NCBI GenBank assembly: GCA_049518795.1
Contig: JBEKRK010000003.1
Location: 245,097 to 309,096, forward strand
DNA from: Sedimentisphaerales bacterium
GTDB taxonomy: Bacteria > Planctomycetota > Phycisphaerae > Sedimentisphaerales > UBA12454
Direction of reading: 5' to 3'
Length of the DNA stretch: 64,000 nt
In this document: one piece after another, positions 38,873 to 46,560 of the stretch
Layout of the letters: each line of letters opens with the position of its first letter
Numbering within the stretch: the first letter of the stretch is position 1
Made by a program: the position numbers and the translations under genes
The notes under the pieces: generated by a model
What the model was told of the DNA's origin: nothing
Database searches by the model: none
The model's input: only the letters and a program-made list of their open reading frames with translations

Positions 38873-40399
38873 TTGAAAATGGAGCATATTCGTCCATCAG
38901 TTGCCGATGAGCAGATGTTTTGCGTTGAGTCGCAGGCTCCGCTGTGCGGGCTTGTTGTTTTCGGCGCTTCCGGCGATTTAACGAAAAGGAAGCTTATTCC
39001 CGCGATTGCCAATCTTCTTAAAAAAGGATTGTTGCAGGAGGATTTTTTCTTTCTCGGCTGCGGCAGAAAAAAACTCACCGATGATGATTTCAGGAAAATA
39101 GCCGCCGAGGCCGTTAAAGGTATTTTGCCGGCCCCTGAAAAATTTTTGAATAACTTTTATTATACAAGCGGCGATTATGCCGACCGGCAGTTTTACAGCG
39201 ATATCAAACAAAGGCTTTCTGATTTGGACAAGAAGACCGGAAAGAATTTCGGCAGAATTTTTTATCTTTCTCTGCCGCCGCAGTTATATCCGGATGTAGT
39301 GGAAAATCTCGGACTGGCAGGTCTCAATAAATCCCCAAACGATGCTTTTGCCCGGCTGGTTGTTGAAAAACCGTTCGGCAGAGATTTGCATAGCGCCGTC
39401 AGTCTTAATAATGGTATTAGCAAATGGTTCAGCGAAGAACAGATTTACAGGATGGACCACTATCTCGGCAAGGAAACGGTGCAGAATATTTTATTGTTCC
39501 GTTTTGCCAACTCGATTTTTGAGCCGGTATGGAACAGGAATTACATCGACCATATTCAGATTACGATAGCGGAATCAATCGGCATCGAAGGGCGGGGCGG
39601 TTATTACGATAATAGCGGGGCGTTGCGCGATATCTTTGTCAATCATATTTTGAGTATGCTCTCGCTTGTTGCGATGGAGCCGCCGGCTTCATTTGAAGCT
39701 GAGCATATCAGGGATGAAAAGGTAAAACTTCTGCGAAGTATCAGGCCGTTTAATCTTCAGCCGTGGAATGAGGATATTATCAGGGGACAATATACTGCCG
39801 GCACAATTGACGGCAACCCTGTTTCTGCCTACCGGCAGGAGGCTGATGTTGAGAAAAATTCAAAAACTGAAACTTATGTTGCCGCGAGGCTTTTTATCGA
39901 TAATTGGCGATGGCGGGGCGTGCCGTTCTATTTGCGGACGGGAAAACGGCTTGCCCGGCGTATTACGGAAATTGCCGTAACTTTTAAAAAGGTGCCTCAC
40001 TTGTTATTCGCTTCGGCTGGAATAAAAGATTTACCTGCCAATATTCTCATATTGAAAATCCAGCCGCAGGAAGGCATTAGTCTTTTCTTTGAGGCGAAAA
40101 GGCCGGGCTCGAAACTGTGTTTCGGCACTCTCAAAATGGATTTTAATTATACTGAAATTTTCGGCTCTGAGCCGCCGGATGCTTATCAGCGGCTTTTGCT
40201 TGATTGTATGCTTGGCGACCAGACTCTTTTTACAAGAATTGACGATGTGAAGCTTGCCTGGGGTCTTGTTGACGATTTGCTTAAAGCCTGGCAGCGGGAA
40301 GATGGCGAGCCATATTTTTATCCGGCTGGAAGTGAAACTTTTTCTGCTGCTGATGACCTTATTCAAAAAGATGGCAAAAATTGGCGGAAAATTTCCTAA
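38873..40399 (+). CDS. zwf: Glucose-6-phosphate dehydrogenase
   Basis: FGASGDLTKRKLIPA, EKPFG, YRMDHYLGKETVQN, RWRGVPFYLRTGKRL; the start may be ATG 38879. Confidence 0.96.
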   Translation: MKMEHIRPSVADEQMFCVESQAPLCGLVVFGASGDLTKRKLIPAIANLLKKGLLQEDFFFLGCGRKKLTDDDFRKIAAEAVKGILPAPEKFLNNFYYTSGDYADRQFYSDIKQRLSDLDKKTGKNFGRIFYLSLPPQLYPDVVENLGLAGLNKSPNDAFARLVVEKPFGRDLHSAVSLNNGISKWFSEEQIYRMDHYLGKETVQNILLFRFANSIFEPVWNRNYIDHIQITIAESIGIEGRGGYYDNSGALRDIFVNHILSMLSLVAMEPPASFEAEHIRDEKVKLLRSIRPFNLQPWNEDIIRGQYTAGTIDGNPVSAYRQEADVEKNSKTETYVAARLFIDNWRWRGVPFYLRTGKRLARRITEIAVTFKKVPHLLFASAGIKDLPANILILKIQPQEGISLFFEAKRPGSKLCFGTLKMDFNYTEIFGSEPPDAYQRLLLDCMLGDQTLFTRIDDVKLAWGLVDDLLKAWQREDGEPYFYPAGSETFSAADDLIQKDGKNWRKIS

Positions 40400-40893
40400 C
40401 AAAAGCAATAAAAGGTATAGATATATTATATATCCAAATATGCTTCAAGCTGTTTTTAGTCCATTTCCCCTATTTTGGACTAATTTTTAAATAATTTTTT
40501 ATAATTTTTTCGTAATTTTTATAGGACTAAAAAGGCATTAAATAGCCATAAAATTACCCATCTTTAAAGTCCAAAATCACCATTTTCAGCATTAATATCA
40601 ACATTTTTTTAATTTTTCTCTTGCTTTTTAAATTGAGGGATGGTAATATAGTCAGTGAAAATTGTAACCGTCATATCTGCCTATATGGCAGAAAGGAGGT
40701 GTTGATTTAGGAGAAAGATTCGCAGACCAGGCGAACCTTCCGAGTCTGGTTGTAGATTTTACATCATAGCTTGTTGGGTTTCTTTCAGGCAAAATGGTGA
40801 TGAAAGATGGAAGGAAATAAGAAACCAAAGCTTCGCTGGGTGTGAGTCCCGGCGAGAAAGAAAAAAAGAGAATTGTTTTTAATGAGGTAAAAA

Positions 40894-41796
40894 ATGAAGA
40901 AGCTGATTTTAGTTTTAGCGATTTTGGCTGTCGCTTCCCCTGTGTTTGCATTGAGTGTTGATCTTGTCAGGCAGGGAGCGACAAACAAAGTTGATATTAC
41001 CTACAGCGCCGCAGACGCGTGTAATTTACCGCGGGCGTTTGCATTGGTCATTGACGTTAGCGGCGGCAAAGCCGACGTCTGTGAGGTTACCAACTACAAG
41101 CAGGGCGTAAGCACCTCAACGAACAGAGGCTTCGGCATCTATCCGGCCACAATTGTTATTGAGGCCAACGGTGTTGTAGATAGCAATGGCAACCCGATTG
41201 CCAGTTCAGGTGATCCGTTACCGGCTAACGCAGACCAGACTCTGCCGAGCAATAAGCTTGTTCTTGAGTTCGGTTCGTTGTATGCCCCTGTGCATGACGG
41301 GGCCAATTCGCCGGCTGTAAGCGGCACTCTTTGCACGCTGACTGTTGATTGCAACCAGCAGACAACAGACCCTGTTCTCACAATGACAGGTGAAACCACC
41401 TATCGCGGCGGCGTAGTCCTTGAAGACGGCAGTACCTTTGCTGTCAGCAAGACACTGACTATGACCAGCCTCTGTGCTGCGGCAGAGTGTTTCTCGAATT
41501 CGGACCCGAAGTATGCTCAATGGCTGCTTCAGGGCAAACCCAAAGCCTGGTGCTGCCTGCATCAAAGGGATGGCGACGCAACTGGTGATGGCTCAGTAAG
41601 TGGTAGCGACCTGATTAGGCTGAAAGCCTCTTACGGCCTGTCATTTGGACAGGTGGGCTATGACTGTAGAGCAGACTTTACCCATGACGGTGCGGTCAGT
41701 GGCCCTGACCTGATTAGGCTTAAGAGCAATTATGGTACCAACTATGGTGTTGCCTGCCAGTCAGATTGGAAAGATGATTGCGGCCCGAATCCGTAA
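40894..41796 (+). CDS. Secreted protein with C-terminal dockerin-like duplicated Ca-binding repeat
   Basis: Signal peptide; GDATGDGSVSGSDLIRLK / ADFTHDGAVSGPDLIRLK; beta-rich N-terminal domain. Confidence 0.75.
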   Translation: MKKLILVLAILAVASPVFALSVDLVRQGATNKVDITYSAADACNLPRAFALVIDVSGGKADVCEVTNYKQGVSTSTNRGFGIYPATIVIEANGVVDSNGNPIASSGDPLPANADQTLPSNKLVLEFGSLYAPVHDGANSPAVSGTLCTLTVDCNQQTTDPVLTMTGETTYRGGVVLEDGSTFAVSKTLTMTSLCAAAECFSNSDPKYAQWLLQGKPKAWCCLHQRDGDATGDGSVSGSDLIRLKASYGLSFGQVGYDCRADFTHDGAVSGPDLIRLKSNYGTNYGVACQSDWKDDCGPNP

Positions 41797-41872
41797 TCAA
41801 AAATTGTTAGTAATGTAAAAAAGATGAAATGTTTAACATTTGGATATAGTATTTTTGTAAGGAGGTTTTAAT

Positions 41873-42523
41873 ATGAAGAAGTTTTTAAGTTTAGTTTTAG
41901 TTTTGGCTCTATGTGGTCTTGTCAGCGCAGATTTGCTGGACCTCAAGGTTGCCAGTCGCGGACCGTCAGAAACGGGCACCACAACCATTACTGGAGTGAA
42001 GGATATTACAATTAATCCTTCCGAGTGGCTCGACCTGAACATTTACTGGACTGGTACAACGGGTTATAAACTTGCAACAGTGTCAGTGCTGCTCACAGTT
42101 ACAGGCCCGGGTAGTATTGACCTGTTCACTCAACATTTGACATCTGAAGATGAGGATCCGACAATGCAGTTGACAGAACCGGCCAACGCATGGGATCCGG
42201 ACTTGAGATGGATTAACGTGCTCACAGCAGGCAAGAGCATCATCCTTGATTACAGTATGGCCAGTGGTATTTCAGGTAACGGCAACGCGAAAATTGCATT
42301 GGACCATATTATGTTCCATTGCGATGGCGGTGGCGATGTTATCATCACAATGGTGAATACTACAAACAGCCATGCCATGAACACCCTCGAGTACCAAGTA
42401 GCTAATCCAGATAACCAGTTTGTCCCGAACTTTGGTGGTCCTGTGACTATTCACCAGATTCCAGAGCCGGCAACAATTGCGTTACTCTGCCTTGGCGGTC
42501 TTCTTCTCAGGAAGAAAAGATAA
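41873..42523 (+). CDS. PEP-CTERM sorting-signal surface protein (copy A)
   Basis: Signal peptide; IPEPATIALLCLGGLLLRKKR C-terminus. Confidence 0.92.
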   Translation: MKKFLSLVLVLALCGLVSADLLDLKVASRGPSETGTTTITGVKDITINPSEWLDLNIYWTGTTGYKLATVSVLLTVTGPGSIDLFTQHLTSEDEDPTMQLTEPANAWDPDLRWINVLTAGKSIILDYSMASGISGNGNAKIALDHIMFHCDGGGDVIITMVNTTNSHAMNTLEYQVANPDNQFVPNFGGPVTIHQIPEPATIALLCLGGLLLRKKR

Positions 42524-42549
42524 GCCACAAGAGCTTATAGTTTGAAAAG

Positions 42550-42583
42550 AAAAGGGGCTGATTTTTATCGGCCCCTTTTTTTT
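42550..42583 (+). terminator. Rho-independent terminator
   Basis: AAAAGGGGCTGAT-tttt-ATCGGCCCCTTTT plus T-run. Confidence 0.85.
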
Positions 42584-43130
42584 GTAGCCACAAAGGCACT
42601 AAGACACTAAAATTGCTATATTATAATAATATTTTTGCACTTTATGGAAAAAGTAAAACAGTTCGACAAATTATCCGACAAAGAAGAGTTAATTGCTACA
42701 CAAATAATGGATATAGCTTATGCAGTTCATAAGACGCTTGGCCCCGGCTTGCTGGAAAGGATTTATGAGACCTGTTTTTGCTACGAACTTTCCAAAAGAG
42801 GCCTTTCATATCAGCGGCAGATAGAAATTCCCATAAAATATGATAATATTGTATTTGACGAAGGTCTTCGGCTGGATGTTCTTGTTGAAGGATTGATTAT
42901 TTGCGAATTAAAGGCTGTTGAGCAAAATAACGCATTATGGGAAGCTCAGCTTTTAAGCTATTTGAGGCTCACCGGCAAAAGACTGGGATTTCTGATTAAT
43001 TTTGATGTTCCGCTAATCAAACAGGGGATAAAAAGAATAATTTTATAATAATAGCCACTAAGGCCCAAAGCCACAAAGTCTTATATATATCATTTTTTAT
43101 TCGTGCCTTTGTGACTTGGTGGCTACAAAA
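42580..43130 (+). mobile_element. Repeat-bracketed single-gene cassette carrying the GxxExxY gene
   Basis: 12-bp perfect terminal inverted repeats TTTTGTAGCCAC / GTGGCTACAAAA extended by 8-mer periodic arms; third arm at 43052-43078; mobility is inferred. Confidence 0.6.
42644..43048 (+). CDS. GxxExxY protein (PD-(D/E)xK nuclease-like)
   Basis: VHKTLGPGLLERIYE, RLDVLVEGLIICELKAV, AQLLSYL, GFLINF. Confidence 0.93.
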   Translation: MEKVKQFDKLSDKEELIATQIMDIAYAVHKTLGPGLLERIYETCFCYELSKRGLSYQRQIEIPIKYDNIVFDEGLRLDVLVEGLIICELKAVEQNNALWEAQLLSYLRLTGKRLGFLINFDVPLIKQGIKRIIL

Positions 43131-43146
43131 TTTTTTTATTTTTCTC

Positions 43147-43333
43147 TTGCATTCCTTTTTCTGATATGGTATAATACCCTCAATTAATCAGCCAAAGGTT
43201 TATATATAGGGGTGGCTGACGAGTTGGGGCAGAGAAAAGTTATTGCTGCAGGAAAAATATATTTTTCCCTTGCATTTATCTTTGAGATATGTTATAATAC
43301 GCTTACTTAAATGGGGTAGAGAAAAGTTATTGC
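43147..43333 (+). promoter_or_regulatory. Two tandem, similar sigma70 promoter modules
   Basis: TTGCAT-17-TATAAT at 43147/43170 and 43270/43293, both with an extended -10 TG and both followed by TGGGGYAGAGAAAAGTTATTGC. Confidence 0.75.
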
Positions 43334-43340
43334 AACGTAT

Positions 43341-43682
43341 AGTTTTGAATTTTTAGTTCTAAGTTCTTAGTTTTGAATTGTGGATTTTGTTATCCATTAA
43401 CTCAAAACTCAAAATTAAAAACTCATAACTGATTGTGGTAGCTCTTTCAAAAATTTTATTCACCGTAGCCACCAAGACCCCAAGACACGAAGTAAATATA
43501 TAATAATTAAAATTTGGTGTCTTAGTGGCTAAATGGGGTTCGAGAAAACACATTAATTTATACAACTTTGTGTCTTAGTGTCTTTGTGGCTATTCGTAGG
43601 CTTTAAAACGCGCATTCGCTGCGAGGCGCAAACGCGGCGAAAAAACGTTTACCACCTTCGTGCCTTAGTGCCTTGGTGGCTA
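43341..43682. repeat. Gene-less periodic repeat arms (7-mer inverted pair; four 8-mer arms)
   Basis: agttttgaatttttagtt.. / aactcaaaactcaaaatt.. (43341-43410); TAGCCAC arms at 43466 (+), 43514, 43566, 43656 (-). Confidence 0.8.
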
Positions 43683-43722
43683 AAGTAAGTAGTTAACCTT
43701 TTTATTTTTTGGAGACCGAACA

Positions 43723-44376
43723 ATGTTGAAAAAAATGTTTGTATTAATTTTATTTTTGGCGGTAAGTTCTGTGTATGCAGGAACGCTTGATTTGCAGATA
43801 GCCAGCCGCGGGCCGAGCGAGACAGGCACTACTTCTATTACTCCGGTGAAATCTGTTTCAGTTAATCCTTCTGAATGGCTCGACCTGAATATTTACTACA
43901 CTGGCGTGACGGGCTTTAGACTTGCAACATTGTCGACGCTAATCACAGTTACAGGCCCGGGTTCTATTGACCTGGTAACTGAACATAAAACATCTAACGA
44001 TGATGACCCCACAATGCAGTTGACAGAGCCGAGCAGTGCATGGGATTCTGACTTGAGGTGGATTACCGCGGTTACACCAGGCAAGAAGTTTATCCTTGAT
44101 TACAGTATGGCCAATGGTATTAATGGTAACGGCGCAGCGAAAATTGCGTTGGACCATCTTATGTTCCATTGCGATGGCATCGGTACCGTTACTATCACAA
44201 TGGAGAATACTACAAACAGCCACGCCATGAACAGCCTCGAGTACCAAATATCTCTTCCAGATAATCAGAATGTCCCGACCTTTGGTGGTCCTGTTACGAT
44301 AACCCAGATTCCGGAGCCAGCGACAATGATTCTTCTTGCTGTCGGCGGACTTGCACTTAGAAGATTTAGAAAATAG
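43723..44376 (+). CDS. PEP-CTERM sorting-signal surface protein (close paralog of 41873-42523)
   Basis: Shares ASRGPSETGTT, NPSEWLDLNIY, DPTMQLTEP, KIALDH.MFHCDG, NTTNSHAMN with copy A; IPEPATMILLAVGGLALRRFRK. Confidence 0.92.
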   Translation: MLKKMFVLILFLAVSSVYAGTLDLQIASRGPSETGTTSITPVKSVSVNPSEWLDLNIYYTGVTGFRLATLSTLITVTGPGSIDLVTEHKTSNDDDPTMQLTEPSSAWDSDLRWITAVTPGKKFILDYSMANGINGNGAAKIALDHLMFHCDGIGTVTITMENTTNSHAMNSLEYQISLPDNQNVPTFGGPVTITQIPEPATMILLAVGGLALRRFRK

Positions 44377-44403
44377 TTCCAATTTGATACATCGTGGAAT
44401 TTC

Positions 44404-44442
44404 AAACAGGCAGGGCTTTTATTTGGCCTTGCCTGTTTTTTT
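44404..44442 (+). terminator. Rho-independent terminator
   Basis: AAACAGGCAGGGC-loop-GCCTTGCCTGTTT plus T-run. Confidence 0.85.
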
Positions 44443-44448
44443 GTTTTT

Positions 44449-45035
44449 GTAGGGTGTAGGGTGTAGGGGATAGGGATTACTTCATTTACTTCTTTATCCT
44501 TGCCTTACAGTTCTATCTCTTTATAATTAGAATTTAGGATTTAGGAAAACGTTCATCATTCTATACCCTAAACCCTATTCCTATAACCTAAAATTGAAAG
44601 GCTTAAAAAATGGAGACCAAAAAACTTAAAAGTTTTAAAGAACTCATAGTCTGGCAGAAAGCTTATAAACTCGTTTTAGAAATTTATAAACTAACCTATT
44701 TCTTTCCTAAGAACGAAACTTATGGATTGGTTCAACAAATCAGACGAGCGGCAATTTCAATACCTTCGAATATAGCTGAAGGATATGGCAGAAAACACAG
44801 AACTGACTATCACAGGTTTCTGTCTATGGCTTATGGCTCGTTGCTGGAACTTGAAACTCAATATATGCTGTCAACGGATTTAAGCTATGCTAAACGAAGT
44901 GAAATCATCGATGGTTTGATAAAAGAAGTCGGTAGTATGTCTTATCGTATAATGAATCCGATACAAAATTAATGAAAGTAGATGATTATAGTTTTACTAT
45001 GCTCTATACCCTAAACCCTATCCCCTATATCCTAA
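44449..45035 (+). mobile_element. Repeat-bracketed single-gene cassette carrying the four-helix-bundle gene
   Basis: TAGGGTG heptamer arm 44449-44477; complementary CCCTA arms at 44561-44592 and 45004-45035 flank the gene as direct repeats; mobility is inferred. Confidence 0.55.
44610..44972 (+). CDS. Four-helix-bundle protein (23S rRNA IVP / bAvd-like family)
   Basis: SFKELIVWQKA, FPKNETYGLVQQIRRAAISIPSNIAEG, AYGSLLELETQ. Confidence 0.93.
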   Translation: METKKLKSFKELIVWQKAYKLVLEIYKLTYFFPKNETYGLVQQIRRAAISIPSNIAEGYGRKHRTDYHRFLSMAYGSLLELETQYMLSTDLSYAKRSEIIDGLIKEVGSMSYRIMNPIQN

Positions 45036-45046
45036 AGGAATTAAAT

Positions 45047-45673
45047 ATGAACAGAATAGTTTTTATCTGTTTTTATGCAGTGTTTTTGTGCATTTACACA
45101 GGATGCGTGCCGCGGGGCGACCGTGTCGCAACGGGCGATTCGCAGAAAAAAGGCAGCATAGCTGAAAAAAAAGTCGAGTTGCAGTCAAAATCAGGCGACA
45201 ATTCATTTTCGGCCTTTCTGGCTGGAAAATGGAAGGCAAAAGACTCGGATGATTGCAAATGGGAATTTACTTTTGAAAAAGATGGAACAATTTCCGCAAT
45301 GCGGAATTTTATGGGCACGTATGTCAGGGTTTCCCAGGGCATCGGCTATGAGCACTATGCTTCTGATGCAAATGTGGAGGCGGCCTGTGTTCTGGGGCCT
45401 GTAGATGTCCTTTTCGACCCTCAAAGCAGGGTGCTGACGGTCAAGGTTGTTACGGATTATTTTATGTTTCATATCTATAGCGGGATGGTAGAGGGCAGCA
45501 GTGTTGACAAATTTTCGGGCACTGTCTCACAGGATGGTTCAACCTGGAACGCCGAATGGCAAGACTTTTCACGTATGCTTGATGGCCCGCCTATGGATTT
45601 TAACAATCCATTGATAAATCAAGTTGTTTTTTACAAGGTCAGAGAAAAGGTCAGAGAAGAAGATAGTAAATAA
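45047..45673 (+). CDS. Putative lipoprotein
   Basis: MNRIVFICFYAVFLCIYTG-C lipobox; AAGGA RBS; the upstream extension from 44972 is repeat-derived. Confidence 0.75.
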   Translation: MNRIVFICFYAVFLCIYTGCVPRGDRVATGDSQKKGSIAEKKVELQSKSGDNSFSAFLAGKWKAKDSDDCKWEFTFEKDGTISAMRNFMGTYVRVSQGIGYEHYASDANVEAACVLGPVDVLFDPQSRVLTVKVVTDYFMFHIYSGMVEGSSVDKFSGTVSQDGSTWNAEWQDFSRMLDGPPMDFNNPLINQVVFYKVREKVREEDSK

Positions 45674-45827
45674 AGTAAAAAACAGAAAAGTCTTGACAAT
45701 TTATAGGGATTATAAGTATAATCACCTTAGAAAGTGGATGTTAAAAGGCCTGTTTAAGGCCTTGAAAAAACAGTTTCCTTAACGGTGAAAATAAAAAAGA
45801 TTTAGCCGCTTTTTTAGGAGGATAGAG

Positions 45828-46538
45828 ATGAAGAAATTATTGATTACAATTCTGGTTTTCAGTATTACCCCTCTTTGCAGTGCGATGCACTGGACGATAG
45901 GTTCTTCCAGCGGCTGGTCCGGAACGCCTGCGATTATCACCATAGCAGACCCTAATAAAAATGCAGTTACAGCAGAGGGGCTTGGTGACCCCCGGGTATG
46001 TATGGCTCAGACCTTCAAGATTTTACCGGGAATGAGTTTAAAGTTAGACAAAGTCGCTATATGGCAGGATGGCAGTCCGCCGACGCAGAATCCTTATACT
46101 TTGCGTCTCGTTGACCTTGGCACTACAGACCCGACATTTCAAGGCGGCGGTTCGCAAACTTATCCCGCCGGCACTGATTTGTGGGGTTCAGCTATGACTT
46201 TTACATTTGATGTAACGACTTCGAAAAGCGCTCTGGAGTTTGATTTCGAGAACGAAGAAGAACTGATGCTCACGACCGGCCATTTCTATGCCTTTGAGAT
46301 TACTGCTCCTACTTCAATCGGCGGAATCTATTGGTATCGTGCAAGTCTGGCCGGCAGCAGTTATACAAATGGCGCTATGTTTGTGGATACTACGACTACT
46401 ACCCCCGGCACTCGAGACCAGCTTTACAAGGGGACTAATGGTTGCGATTTAGCTATGGCGGTTTATCTTGTTCCCGAGCCGGCAACCCTTATTTTGTTTG
46501 CCATTGGCGGCTGGGTCGCCCTGAATAGAAAAAAATGA
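45828..46538 (+). CDS. PEP-CTERM sorting-signal surface protein (unrelated N-terminal domain)
   Basis: Signal peptide; VPEPATLILFAIGGWVALNRKK; AGGAGG RBS. Confidence 0.9.
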   Translation: MKKLLITILVFSITPLCSAMHWTIGSSSGWSGTPAIITIADPNKNAVTAEGLGDPRVCMAQTFKILPGMSLKLDKVAIWQDGSPPTQNPYTLRLVDLGTTDPTFQGGGSQTYPAGTDLWGSAMTFTFDVTTSKSALEFDFENEEELMLTTGHFYAFEITAPTSIGGIYWYRASLAGSSYTNGAMFVDTTTTTPGTRDQLYKGTNGCDLAMAVYLVPEPATLILFAIGGWVALNRKK

Positions 46539-46560
46539 CGTGCTGGTTTGTCTGTGGTTA

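Noticed and set aside
40832-40856. tRNA fragment suggested by a GTGAGTCCC T-loop-like hairpin
   Set aside because: No acceptor, D or anticodon arms and no CCA
43359-43565. 68-aa minus-strand ORF
   Set aside because: Entirely within periodic repeat arms
41873-44972. Diversity-generating retroelement (near-duplicate genes plus an Avd-like four-helix bundle)
   Set aside because: No reverse transcriptase; both copies are full ORFs and their differences are not confined to adenines
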